Source: an uncultured Spirochaetaceae bacterium (GTDB taxonomy: Bacteria; Myxococcota_A; UBA9160; UBA4427). From it: a DNA stretch of 64,000 bases. A program made the position numbers and the translations under genes. The notes beneath the pieces were generated by a model. The model made no database searches, was not told the origin of the DNA, and saw only the letters and a program-made list of their open reading frames with translations. Shown here piece by piece: positions 8,925-19,011 of the stretch; the stretch's first letter is position 1, and each line of letters opens with the position of its first letter. Location: the NCBI GenBank assembly GCA_964565565.1, contig CAZMFM010000002.1:27674-91673 (forward strand). The letters are read 5' to 3'.

Positions 8925-10132
8925 CCGATCGCATCGTTAGGCGCGACGCGCATCGCCTTCCAGATGCCGAGCATGCTTGCCACGACCGAGATGCCGAGAA
9001 CGATCACGGCCAGGCTCAGCAGGTCGCTCGGGGTGATGAGCACGCGTCGAGGGAACATCGGGAAGAGTTGTTGGCCGATGAGATACCCCACTCCGTAGGC
9101 GAGTGCGCCCATGATGAGTGACTGCTGCAGGATGAGCCCGACGATCGTCTGGTTTCCTGCACCGATCAGTTTAAGCAAAGCGATTGTGTGAAGTTTGTCG
9201 AGGGTGAGGGTGTAGATGATCAGGGCCATGATCACGGCCGAGATGATGGTGAGCAGTACTCGGAAGAGGAGGATCTGTCGCCGCGCTCGGTCCACGCTGC
9301 CTTTCAGAAGGAGGTCTTCCTGTTCTGCGCTGGTATAGGCGGTCACGTCGCTCCATCCCCGTAGTGCGCGGCTGACCGTATTGACATCGATGCCCGGCTC
9401 CAGGCGCGCCAGCACTGCACTCACTGCGGGGGGTGCGAGTGCGGCGATCGCACGGCTCGGGCCCGAGGCACGCTGCAATAGTGATGGCTGCGTGCGGCCC
9501 AGGTCGCGATCCGATGCGCGCGCGCGCCGTGCCTGACGTTCCAGGCGCGTGGACTCTCCAGGCTGGTCGAATTGGATCGCCTGCGCATCGCGGCTCGAGA
9601 AACATCCGATCCCGTCGCCTCCGGCGGAGACCATGCCGCGGGTCAACCCGACCACCTTGTAGACATCCTTGCCGAGCTTCAGCTCCTCCCCTAACTCGAG
9701 GCCCAGCTCGAGGTCGGCGATCATCTCGAAATGGTTCTGGGCCAGCGGTCGCCCGGCGATCAAGGGCAGGCTCTCGCCCTTGTCGGTTGGCCAACCCAGA
9801 CCCAGCACGGCGATTCGAAGCGGATGACCATGGTGTTCGCGCTGAATGGTGTGATAGACGAACTCGCGCGCATCCTTGACGCCGGATACCGCGGTCACCC
9901 GATCGACGACATTTCGGGGTATGCGCGAGATCTCTGCAAAGGGGCCGCGGGTATCCCGTTGAACGACCCACAGATCGGCCTGCATGCTTCGAGATACGAC
10001 GAGCGCGTCGTCGACGAGCCCGCGATAGATGCCGCCCATCCCCAATACCACCATCAACAACATGCCCACGCCGATCGTTGTGAGAACGAAGCGGCCGAAG
10101 CTGTGGCGGATGTCACGGATCGCCAGATTCAT
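8921..10132 (-). CDS. ABC transporter permease, FtsX/MacB-type
   Basis: N-terminal TM helix, large periplasmic domain and a C-terminal 3-TM FtsX-like bundle. 4-nt overlaps with both neighbours. Confidence 0.8.
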   Translation of the reverse strand: MNLAIRDIRHSFGRFVLTTIGVGMLLMVVLGMGGIYRGLVDDALVVSRSMQADLWVVQRDTRGPFAEISRIPRNVVDRVTAVSGVKDAREFVYHTIQREHHGHPLRIAVLGLGWPTDKGESLPLIAGRPLAQNHFEMIADLELGLELGEELKLGKDVYKVVGLTRGMVSAGGDGIGCFSSRDAQAIQFDQPGESTRLERQARRARASDRDLGRTQPSLLQRASGPSRAIAALAPPAVSAVLARLEPGIDVNTVSRALRGWSDVTAYTSAEQEDLLLKGSVDRARRQILLFRVLLTIISAVIMALIIYTLTLDKLHTIALLKLIGAGNQTIVGLILQQSLIMGALAYGVGYLIGQQLFPMFPRRVLITPSDLLSLAVIVLGISVVASMLGIWKAMRVAPNDAIG

Positions 10133-11340
10133 CGAGTCGTGATCCTTCGGCCCTCGCGCAGACGATTCCCTCGCGGTCCAGTCGGATTCAGAACTCTATC
10201 CCCGACCGACAAGCCTTCGAGGATCTCCACGAATTCGCGCCCCCGTAAACCAAGGGTGATCTTGCGCCACCGAGCACGCCCTCCGTCGTCGAACATGACT
10301 CCTGTCTGGCCGTCGCGAATGAGTACCAATCGGGCGGGGAGAGCACGCGCATCGTCGTGTTGGTCGACCACGATATAGACTTCTGCGCGTTGACCGATGG
10401 CCCAATTCTCGGGTAGCCGATCCAGGCGAACATCGACGAGCACCTCTCGCGTTTCGCGGTCAACTTCTCGTCCGACGCGAACGACGCTGCCGGGAAACAC
10501 CCGACTCGGTTCGGCTCGGAATAGAATCTGTGCGAGCTGGCCCTCGCGTAGTCGTGCCAGCTCTGTCTCATCGACCCACGCGCTGATCCACATCTCGTCG
10601 GTCGAGACGATTGCGAAGACCGATGCGCCGGGGGCCACCACGTCGCCGACGTCCCGGTCGCGGCGTATGATGAGTCCATCGAAGGGTGCTTCGATCGTGG
10701 CGTCCTGCAGTCGCGCACGCTGGAAGTCGAGTGAGCGCTTCGCGGCTTCGAGGTGCTTGCGTCCTTCGATGATCGATGCGCGGGCGATCGACACTTCGGC
10801 CTGCGCTACGGACAACGATTCGAGGGCCTTGTCCAACTCTCGCTTGGACGCCGCATTTCTTTCCGCCAATGCGACGACCCGATCGTGATCCGTTCGTGCC
10901 TGAGCCAGGACGGCTCGCGCTCCATTCTGGGCCGCCTTCAGCCTGTCGAGGGTGGCATCCGCCGCGGAAACTTCGGATTCGGCCATGCCGACTTGTTGGT
11001 CGATGTCGCTGTCTTCGAGTTGAAAGAGCAGGGCGGCGGCCTGCACCTGGTCGCCCTGGTCGGCGGCGACATGCGTGATCAATCCGCCGATCTTCGGGCC
11101 GACGATCGCCGAGGTGCGGGCCTCCAAGGTTCCGGTGCCCATCACCTCTGCGCTGAGGGTTCTCGATTCCACCGTATAGGAGGGAACCGAGATCGATACA
11201 AAGAAAAGCCGCCATGCGACGCCAGCCGCGATTGCGAATAACAAGACGAAACGTGTGAGGAAACGCACGCTTCGGATTCTGCTCAGCCATCCCACCGACG
11301 TTTCGGGATCAGGGACGTGTTTGGATTCATCTTGGCTCAT
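10129..11340 (-). CDS. efflux periplasmic adaptor (HlyD/MacA membrane-fusion family)
   Basis: N-terminal TM anchor, a coiled-coil hairpin (..LDRLKAAQNGA..SVAQAEVSIARASIIEG..) and the barrel-sandwich motif IEAPFDGLII. Confidence 0.85.
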   Translation of the reverse strand: MSQDESKHVPDPETSVGWLSRIRSVRFLTRFVLLFAIAAGVAWRLFFVSISVPSYTVESRTLSAEVMGTGTLEARTSAIVGPKIGGLITHVAADQGDQVQAAALLFQLEDSDIDQQVGMAESEVSAADATLDRLKAAQNGARAVLAQARTDHDRVVALAERNAASKRELDKALESLSVAQAEVSIARASIIEGRKHLEAAKRSLDFQRARLQDATIEAPFDGLIIRRDRDVGDVVAPGASVFAIVSTDEMWISAWVDETELARLREGQLAQILFRAEPSRVFPGSVVRVGREVDRETREVLVDVRLDRLPENWAIGQRAEVYIVVDQHDDARALPARLVLIRDGQTGVMFDDGGRARWRKITLGLRGREFVEILEGLSVGDRVLNPTGPRGNRLREGRRITTR

Positions 11341-11426
11341 GGTTTCCCTCGATCCGTTGCCTTGCCCAGGATCTTGCGTCGATTCCCAGGTAGGGTGTGT
11401 CCATTGGGCTGTGAGCCCGAGTAGGG

Positions 11427-11951
11427 CTAGCGCCGGCCGCCTTGGCCAGTGCCGCGCCCTTGGCCGCCCCCTCTGTGCGGGTTCCGCTCGTCCGGCAACT
11501 CCGAACCACGTTCCCGAGCGCGCGTCTTCATTCTATTGTGGTTTTCGTCACGTAGGCGCTTTCGCTCCTCGGCGCTGTTCGTCGTACGCATTTTCTCGCG
11601 CTGCTCTTTCTTCTCTTCCCTCGTCATCAGCTCGTGCCCGCGCGCGCGCCGCGCGTTCTTTTCGGTCGTTCCCATTCTCTCACGGCCCTCGGCTCCGGCA
11701 TCGTTGCGAGGCTCGACACCCCGTTCGCGAGCACGGTCTTGCATCGCCTTCTGGTGACTCTTGCGTAGGGCTGCTCGCTCCTCCTCTGTCTGCAGCGCTT
11801 GCATCGCCGTCCGGTACTGGTCCCGTTCTTGCTCCGTCATGCGCTGCCGGGCGGGGACCGGCGCCGTCTGCTCATCCTCGGCGTGGGCGATCGCGGCCAG
11901 GAGCATCAGGCCGATCGTGGCGAGTGCGGTCGTGAGTTGTCTGGATTTCAT
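11427..11951 (-). CDS. secreted, highly charged low-complexity protein (Spy/CpxP-like?)
   Basis: Signal peptide MKSRQLTTALATIGLMLLAAIAHA. Repeated E/R/K-rich helices with MTEQERDQY and LMTREEKKEQ, reminiscent of LTxxQ motifs. Gly/Arg-rich tail. The functional call is weak. Confidence 0.55.
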   Translation of the reverse strand: MKSRQLTTALATIGLMLLAAIAHAEDEQTAPVPARQRMTEQERDQYRTAMQALQTEEERAALRKSHQKAMQDRARERGVEPRNDAGAEGRERMGTTEKNARRARGHELMTREEKKEQREKMRTTNSAEERKRLRDENHNRMKTRARERGSELPDERNPHRGGGQGRGTGQGGRR

Positions 11952-12733
11952 GATTCCTCTCCTCGTGGGTTGGCCAAATCGAGGAGAAGTAGGTTCTTCC
12001 TGCCCCTCGCCAATTGTCGTTGGCCGTTTTGAAGTGATGGGGACGATTGCAAGATTGCCCGGGGCGGTGGTCGAAATGGCAAAGATTGAAACCTGGACCG
12101 CCAGGGCGATCGGTAAACGAGCGATGGGTCGAGGGAATCGGGCAACACGGGATGAACCTCCGGTTTGTTTCGTTACGGATTGTAGGAGCCGAGGGCCGCA
12201 GTCCTATCCGACAAACGTCGGAGGGGGCCTCGGGCGAGCCTGGGAGAAGGGCATCGAGGGGAATCAGGCAGATGCCGGAGGGCGCTGCCGGGGATGCCCC
12301 GTACCCTCCACGGCGGAATCGCCCTCGGTGGGGGCATCGCGCCTCCTGCTGGGTCGGCCCAAGTGGTCGCGATGTTGACCGTTCGGAAGTCATCGCTCAG
12401 GAGAATCTTCCACCCTCTACCCACTGTATGATTTCAGACCGGGCGCCCTGCAATGTGAAACTGCGCCACTGCGGAAAAAAACCGTGCCGCCCAATGCCCC
12501 TGCCCCCCTGCCTGTAGCAGTCGAGATCCCATCGGGAGCTTAGTCTTCCCTGGGGAGTTCAAGATGTACGAGAAGCGAATCCGGAGAGGTTTCACGAGAA
12601 TATTCAAGGCCAAGACCGTGAAACTGGCGAAGCAAAGCGATCGGACGATATCCGTATCGCGATGGAGTTCGGGATCAACGTTGGCATTTTGTCCAGGCTC
12701 CAGCCCTCGACGTATCCATCGGTGGAGAACGCA

Positions 12734-13327
12734 ATGAAGCTCTTGAGTGGCGGCCCGCGTCGCCGCATGAATCGCGCAAAGCGCATCCGCTCGACATCGG
12801 CCGTCTGCTCGGCCTTCCTGATGCTGTCCGCCTGTGCGACGCCGATCAACATTTCGGGCCAGGATCTTCCGCCCGAGCAGCGGTCGACTTTGCATGCGCG
12901 GCGCGGCATCACAATTGACCGAATCGGTGTCGAGCCGACAAAGGGCCGTCTCTTCGTCATGGCGCCCGGGCTCTATCCGCTCGAATTCACCTCACGAATC
13001 GATCTGGGGTCGGCGGATCGATCGATGGAGAGCGTGTTGAGCGTGCTCCAATGCAAGATCGAAGTCGAGTTCAGGCCGGGCGAAAAAGTCCGGCTGTCCG
13101 GAAAAATTGAATCCGGGAGCTTCGACCCTGCCACTGGATACTCGGAAAGGGGATTGCATACGGAGATCTCGCTCGAGAGTTCGATCGAGGGTCGGTCGTC
13201 GATCATCGATACGAGTACGTGTCAAAGTTGGATCGACTGTGGTCGTGTCGATAAGACACGAATGATGCCGATCTCCTGTACGTCCACCCGCGACGCCGAT
13301 CTCGATTCCCCGGACGGGACAAACTAG
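12734..13327 (+). CDS. hypothetical lipoprotein
   Basis: Lipobox FLMLSAC after a basic N-region. No recognisable domain. An alternative ATG lies at 12767. Confidence 0.55.
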   Translation: MKLLSGGPRRRMNRAKRIRSTSAVCSAFLMLSACATPINISGQDLPPEQRSTLHARRGITIDRIGVEPTKGRLFVMAPGLYPLEFTSRIDLGSADRSMESVLSVLQCKIEVEFRPGEKVRLSGKIESGSFDPATGYSERGLHTEISLESSIEGRSSIIDTSTCQSWIDCGRVDKTRMMPISCTSTRDADLDSPDGTN

Positions 13328-13393
13328 CGCCGATCAGGCTCGAATCGATTTGCGTCTGCATTTGCTTCGGCGTTGTCTACCTCTCCTGCGCCA

Positions 13394-15433
13394 TTATCTC
13401 GCTTCGGCCGCCGCATCCAAATTCCCCATCAGGTGGCGCTGGAAGAATGCGCCAAGATGGCTGTAGAAGTCGATCTTGTTTCTCTCGTCCAGGAACCCGT
13501 GGTACTCACCACGATAGACATGCTTCTCGACGGAAATCCCTTCGTCCTCGAGGGCGTCGGCCATGACCTCGAGCTGGCTGACATGGACTGTCGGGTCCTC
13601 GGTTCCGTGGCCTAACAAGACGGGCACCCGGATTTTGTCTGCATTGCGGGCTGGGGAGCTGGCTCGCAGTTTTGCGCGATCGGTCCAACGCTTTCCGACG
13701 AGATGTTTGAGAACGTCTGCCCCGCGGTAGTATTGGTCGCGCGAAAGCATGCGCGGGATGTCGGTCACGCCGGCGTAGCTCGCCCCGGCGCGAAAAAGAT
13801 CGGGCTCTGTAACCAGACCCCAGAGAGCGGCATAACCACCATAGCTACTTCCGAATATTCCGATTCGGTCCGAGTCAGCGATCCCCTGTTCGATCAGCCA
13901 GTGCGTGCCATCGGTGATGTCATCCTGCATCGCCTGGCCCCATTCGCCGTAGCTCATGGTCTTGAATTTCTTTCCATATCCATCTGAGCCTCGAAAATTG
14001 GGCTGAAATACCGCGAAGCCGAGGCTCGCGAGATATTGCACTTCCGGATTCCATCCCCATTGATCGCGAGATGATGGGCCGCCATGCGCCAGCACGATCG
14101 TTGGATACGGGGCAACTCCATTTGGGGGTCGCGTGAGGTACCCGGAAATTCCCAACCCGTCTCGCGCCTGATATTTGATCGGTTCCATCGTTGCGAATTC
14201 GAGTTCTTCGAGATCTGGATAGGCAGAGAAGAGCGGGTAGACGCGCTCGGATCCTGTCCGGTAGATAAAGTAGCGAGGTGGAGACACGTCTGAGCTCGTG
14301 TAGTACACCAACGTTTCACCGGCCTCGTCCGACGAGACGACTCTCCGAATGACATCCGGGAGTTGTTTCGCAAGCGACCGTTCCCGGTCCTGTGCGCGTT
14401 GATCGATGAAATGTTTCTCGGGCTTCTCTCGATTGATCGCAATCGCGAGCAACCGGCCGTCCTGGTGTGAATAGATCAGACCACTCACGTCGTACTCTGG
14501 ATCCGCAAAAACGAGATCTCCAAGCTCGCGTGACCGAAGATCGTAACGATAGACGCCAACTCGTTGTTGCCGGGTATATCGATAGACATAGAGGATATGC
14601 GGCTCGACGCTGAACCCGGCAAACGAAAAGCCCTGGTCCTCGGGGTTGAAAGGATCCCATCTCAGGATCAGTTCGAAATCGTCCGCCTCGTCCTCGCGAG
14701 CGTAAAGCGATTGCTCCGTTCCGGTTTTCGCTCGCCCAATGCCAGCGCGCACGACGTGATGATGATCCGCGTACCATCTTTCGATCCCAGCGCGGGGACG
14801 CACGATCGTTCGGAGTGTGCCCGAGCGGACGTTGAGGCGGCGCACGCCTACACCATTCTGGGTCGGCATCCAGAGACCGATCAATACGGCCTCGGGATCC
14901 TCGGGAAGGGTGCTTATGATCTGATCCTGAAATTGCGTGTATTCCTGGTACTGCCAGTTCTTTCCCAGGTACTTGGGAACCCCTCCCGCCAGCCGAACGG
15001 ACATCAGTCGGGTCTGTCGCGCGCTTACACCCACTGCCTTCTGGCTCGGCATCTCAATGCTCACAAGCAATCCGTCGTTGCCCGACCACATGACCTTCCT
15101 GATCGTCTGGCTGCTTCGGTTGCGGGTTCGCTCGAGCTTCGTGAGTGCGCGAAGCGGCCCCCCAGCAACCTCTCGAGCGATCAACACCTCAGTCCCGCCT
15201 TGCGCGAGAATCGCGGCGACTCGCTTGCCATCAGGGGAAAGCGCGACATGACTCAGTAACGGATTCCCAAAAAAGAGCTGGGCTTGCGCTTTGAGCCCCC
15301 CACTGGGCTCGCTCTGGCCATCGCCCCGAGTTCCCATCGCCCCGCCGCCGCAGCCGCATAGCAAAACGAGACTGGTGGACAGCAGGACGCGAGCGATCAC
15401 GCTCCCCTGTTCTTGCCGCGTTGTCTTCTTCAT
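13394..15433 (-). CDS. S9 family serine peptidase (prolyl oligopeptidase/dipeptidyl-peptidase-like), secreted or lipoprotein
   Basis: Nucleophile elbow GSSYGGYAA, later HGTEDPTV and GEYHGF. N-terminal beta-propeller-sized domain. Signal sequence with LLCGCGGG. Confidence 0.9.
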   Translation of the reverse strand: MKKTTRQEQGSVIARVLLSTSLVLLCGCGGGAMGTRGDGQSEPSGGLKAQAQLFFGNPLLSHVALSPDGKRVAAILAQGGTEVLIAREVAGGPLRALTKLERTRNRSSQTIRKVMWSGNDGLLVSIEMPSQKAVGVSARQTRLMSVRLAGGVPKYLGKNWQYQEYTQFQDQIISTLPEDPEAVLIGLWMPTQNGVGVRRLNVRSGTLRTIVRPRAGIERWYADHHHVVRAGIGRAKTGTEQSLYAREDEADDFELILRWDPFNPEDQGFSFAGFSVEPHILYVYRYTRQQRVGVYRYDLRSRELGDLVFADPEYDVSGLIYSHQDGRLLAIAINREKPEKHFIDQRAQDRERSLAKQLPDVIRRVVSSDEAGETLVYYTSSDVSPPRYFIYRTGSERVYPLFSAYPDLEELEFATMEPIKYQARDGLGISGYLTRPPNGVAPYPTIVLAHGGPSSRDQWGWNPEVQYLASLGFAVFQPNFRGSDGYGKKFKTMSYGEWGQAMQDDITDGTHWLIEQGIADSDRIGIFGSSYGGYAALWGLVTEPDLFRAGASYAGVTDIPRMLSRDQYYRGADVLKHLVGKRWTDRAKLRASSPARNADKIRVPVLLGHGTEDPTVHVSQLEVMADALEDEGISVEKHVYRGEYHGFLDERNKIDFYSHLGAFFQRHLMGNLDAAAEAR

Positions 15434-15666
15434 AGCCATAGCCGATGAGAATATCGAGTGATCACGCGCAGCGCACGGTCCGCCCGAGCGGAGAGAGAGT
15501 GAGAGAGAGCGAGTCAGAAAGAGTATGTCCAGAAGGAGCCAAATCACCCCGACTGGATTGGTTTGCTGAGTCTGGAGTTCGATGAAACTTCATCAAGCGG
15601 TGAGGCCTTTCGATCTCCGTCATGACTGGCGAGAGACGAGGCGTCGAGGGGCGTACGAACTACTCG

Positions 15667-16836
15667 TTAGTGCCGCATGGGGTCAAGGTCCCCGGGTTCT
15701 CTCGAAAGGCTTTTCGCCAGGTAAAGCAGACCGCGGAGATGCCGTTCGGTAATCGCCTGCTGGCTGGCTGGCAGCTCCTCAAAATATCGCGGCCGATCTC
15801 GATCGATCTCAATTCCGATCCCTGGAATACCCTTCTCGCCTGACACGTAGTCAGTCGATACCCCTGCCGCTGGAGGGAGCACGTCGGGTAGAAACGGTTT
15901 GAGATAGACCGGCGCATGCTCACCTAAGACCTCAATGATGTCTTCAGGTTCGTCCGTAACCTGGAAAGGCGGTGCGTCTGATCCATGATCTGAGATTGTG
16001 TCGGCAAACCCGTCTACCACCGATAGGCATGACTCCAAGACAACGGCGGATATCCGGCCCCTCGGCATCCAGCAGCCCAAGACACCCTGCAAGAAGCCTC
16101 CAGACCCGGTGTGATAGTCCAAGAAAAACTCCAGGCGCGGATGGGCCCCGATGAAGTCCCGAAGCGCTTGGGTTTCCGGCTCAGAGAACGCGGTCGGACC
16201 CCAGTAGTGGTCCGACGACGGGTCCAATTGATCCGCAGGGGCGGCTTCACCTGCGGCGCCAATCCGCGCCCAGTTTCGATTCAGGTCTACGCCGAAGACA
16301 TCCGCGCCGAGCGGAGTGCGGTTCTTGCGCCATGTGAAAGGTTTCACGGTTCCAGACAGATCGTGCTCGACGCCGTCGGGGTTCACCATCGGAACGATCC
16401 AGATGTTGACACTGTCGAGAACGCTCGTCACTCGATCATCTCCGCCATAGCGGTCGGCCAGCTGCCGAATCAGATCGACTGCGAGGTTGGTCATTGTATG
16501 CTCGGCGCCGTGTTGGGCGAATACGGCCAACAGCTCCGGTTGATTCAAGTCGGCACTTTGATCGCCGCTGATCTTCACTGCGTAGATTTCGCGCTGCTGA
16601 TGGGTCTGGCCCAAGCCGACGACCTCAATATGGCTTCCGTACTGCTCGCTCAAGGATGCCAATGCGACCGCAAGATCGGCGTGCCGGTACAGCTTCCCTT
16701 CAAGCTGCTGCAAATCCAAGCCGCCGGAGACGCAAGCCCAGGAGGCGAAGCTGACGGCGATCGCCCTCGCCACGGCCCAACTCCGACGGGCTGCTCGGCC
16801 GCGACGCGGCTTCGTGTGCGGCGGCTTCATAGACAT
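15667..16836 (-). CDS. M14 family zinc carboxypeptidase, secreted
   Basis: HGAEH (HxxE zinc ligands), VPMVNPDG, WRKNR, GVDLNRNW. Signal-like N-terminus from ATG 16836. Confidence 0.85.
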   Translation of the reverse strand: MSMKPPHTKPRRGRAARRSWAVARAIAVSFASWACVSGGLDLQQLEGKLYRHADLAVALASLSEQYGSHIEVVGLGQTHQQREIYAVKISGDQSADLNQPELLAVFAQHGAEHTMTNLAVDLIRQLADRYGGDDRVTSVLDSVNIWIVPMVNPDGVEHDLSGTVKPFTWRKNRTPLGADVFGVDLNRNWARIGAAGEAAPADQLDPSSDHYWGPTAFSEPETQALRDFIGAHPRLEFFLDYHTGSGGFLQGVLGCWMPRGRISAVVLESCLSVVDGFADTISDHGSDAPPFQVTDEPEDIIEVLGEHAPVYLKPFLPDVLPPAAGVSTDYVSGEKGIPGIGIEIDRDRPRYFEELPASQQAITERHLRGLLYLAKSLSREPGDLDPMRH

Positions 16837-17091
16837 GTCGAGTTCACGAGAAGGCTCCGAAGACAGGGCGCCTGGTTCTAGCCATGTTTGCTTCTCCAAC
16901 ATTCTGCTGCGAGAGGCGTCTATTTTGCCTCGACCGGTTGAATCGAACCACCGATAGGACCACCAACCCCCGTCGGGGCGACTTGGTCCCTTCCGGGAAG
17001 TGGGCCTGAGAATAATGTCATTTGGCCTATCTCGCTTGGGGTGCGCAGCGCGGAGCAGGCTGTGCCGCCGCAACTGCTGGGCCACAGCGCG

Positions 17092-17676
17092 TTAGCGCGC
17101 GCCTAGCACTGCCTCCAGGTGGGTTGCCAGTTCACGCGCGATGTCACGGAACGGGCGTGCGTTTTCTTCTACTCGCGCGAGCAAGAATGCGCCTTCGAAG
17201 GAGGCGACGACCAGGGTGGCGAGGCGCCGAGCTTGTGCAGGCGTCGCGCCGACGTCGGCGAAATACCCGGCGGTCGTGCTTTGCCAGGAATGGATTGCGG
17301 CTCGGCAGCTAGCCGTCAAGCGTGGGGATTCGGGCGTGGTCTCAAGAGCGATGGTGGCGACGGGGCATCCTTCTCGAAAGTCTGAGCGTGCCAGCCAATC
17401 GGCCAACAACTCGGCGATTGCTTTAACGTATTCAGAAGGGTCGCGCGAAGATTGGGCGGCCTTGAGATAGAGGCCGTCGATGGCACGGCTTGCCAGCGCG
17501 ATTGCTTCGCAGGCGAGATCTTCCTTGCCACCCGGGAAGTGGAAGTAGAAGGAACCCTTCGGCGCACCGCTTTCCTCGAGAATCTGGGTTAGTCCGGTCC
17601 CGTGGTACCCCTGTCGTTGGAAGAGACGGGCGGCGGTGCGTATCGCGTCGCGGCGAGCAAGGGTCTTTCGGGGCAT
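17092..17676 (-). CDS. TetR/AcrR family transcriptional regulator
   Basis: N-terminal HTH ..AARLFQRQGYHGTGLTQILEESGAPKGSFYFHF.. 194 aa. Confidence 0.9.
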   Translation of the reverse strand: MPRKTLARRDAIRTAARLFQRQGYHGTGLTQILEESGAPKGSFYFHFPGGKEDLACEAIALASRAIDGLYLKAAQSSRDPSEYVKAIAELLADWLARSDFREGCPVATIALETTPESPRLTASCRAAIHSWQSTTAGYFADVGATPAQARRLATLVVASFEGAFLLARVEENARPFRDIARELATHLEAVLGAR

Positions 17677-17717
17677 CTGGCGATGATACGTCGTCTTGGC
17701 CGCTCCGAACCCGTCGG

Positions 17718-18755
17718 CTAATCGAGGACGAAGATCGGTTTGTGGCCAGGCCTGTTCGTCAAAACCTCAGGGAGCTCGTCCCACGCGTAGATCCCCGACG
17801 TCACGAGTTCTGGATGCAAGGTTCCCTCGGCGCTGGCGCGCAGAACGTCTGGCATGAACGAGCGGGCGTGACCCTTCCCAGTGTGGAAGTTCACGCAACG
17901 CACGTATTGATCGAAGAGGTCAAGGGCGACCGGCTCGAAGTAGATCCCAACACTGTTGACCTGGCCCTCCGGTACGACCGAGCGCAGGCCGGAGCGCAAC
18001 CAGTCGGGGTTCACGCTGGCGTCCACTGCAAGATGAAATTCGCCAATTCTCTTCGGAGGCGGCCCCTCTCGGACTTCGGCGCCGAGTTTTTCTGCAATCG
18101 CCAGGCGTTCTGGGCTGGGGTCGAAATAGACAGTCTTTGCACCGGCCACGTTCACCGCGGCGTCGACTGCATAGAGGCCGATGCTACCGCCGCCCCCGAG
18201 TATGACGACAGATGGGTCGCTCACGCCCTCGAGATAGGGAACAACGACTTCCCATCCCAGGGATTGATTGTCGCCGACCGAAGCCAGGTGAACGGGGTCG
18301 ACGCCATCGGGGAGCTTCACTGTGTTGAAGTCGGCGTAAGGCACGCGAACGCGCTCGGAGAAGGTCCCGCCCCAATCTCCACGGACGGGTAGTCCGTATT
18401 GCGCATTCCAATGAGGCTCACAGCGCGCCGGGAAACGGCTCTCGCAGGGAGCGCAGCGCCCGCACGCGATATGCCAAGCGATCGCGACGACGTCTCCGGG
18501 GCGACACTCTGTACACGCCGATCCGACCTCGATGACGCGACCCACGCACTCATGCCCGAGTGCGAAGGGACCTTGGAAGGGCGTGAGTCCGGCGATGAGT
18601 CCGTGATCCAGATCGCAGGTGGTGGCAGCGATCGGGGCGATCACGGCATCGGTGTCGGCTTCCAATTTGGGATCGGGAGTCTCCTCGAATCGAAGTTTTC
18701 CGGGTCCTGCGAAGAAAAGTGCTCGCAACGGGGCGTCTCCTGTTTTGCTTGGCAT
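17718..18755 (-). CDS. zinc-dependent alcohol dehydrogenase (MDR superfamily)
   Basis: GHECVGRVIEVG catalytic zinc motif, structural Cys cluster CGRCAPC, cofactor motif ILGGGGSIGLYAV. Confidence 0.85.
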   Translation of the reverse strand: MPSKTGDAPLRALFFAGPGKLRFEETPDPKLEADTDAVIAPIAATTCDLDHGLIAGLTPFQGPFALGHECVGRVIEVGSACTECRPGDVVAIAWHIACGRCAPCESRFPARCEPHWNAQYGLPVRGDWGGTFSERVRVPYADFNTVKLPDGVDPVHLASVGDNQSLGWEVVVPYLEGVSDPSVVILGGGGSIGLYAVDAAVNVAGAKTVYFDPSPERLAIAEKLGAEVREGPPPKRIGEFHLAVDASVNPDWLRSGLRSVVPEGQVNSVGIYFEPVALDLFDQYVRCVNFHTGKGHARSFMPDVLRASAEGTLHPELVTSGIYAWDELPEVLTNRPGHKPIFVLD

Positions 18756-19011
18756 CTGAAATATGGCGATCACCATACTACGAGATACTGGCCATGACAA
18801 GCAGGCTGGGCCCCGGCACGGCCGCGCCGCCCCCCACATGGAGCACCGTCAAGGAATGGAGTCTCCGGCAATCCCGGCGTGGTTCAGTGTTGTCGCCGGA
18901 CTCGGTGTGAATCGCCAAGCCGTTTGATGTCTTCCGGATGGATTTTTGTCTACGGGTCTTGACTTGAAGCGCGCTTCAACATGTAGGCTCCTTTGAAAAG
19001 GAGACTCGCAA

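Noticed and set aside
12440-12500. GCCACTG (B12-box-like) string in the long non-coding gap, raising the possibility of a cobalamin riboswitch
   Set aside because: The surrounding conserved cobalamin-riboswitch elements (GGGAA..GGTG..AA.CC core) could not be aligned. The downstream gene is an unrelated lipoprotein. The match is too short to support a call without a covariance-model scan.
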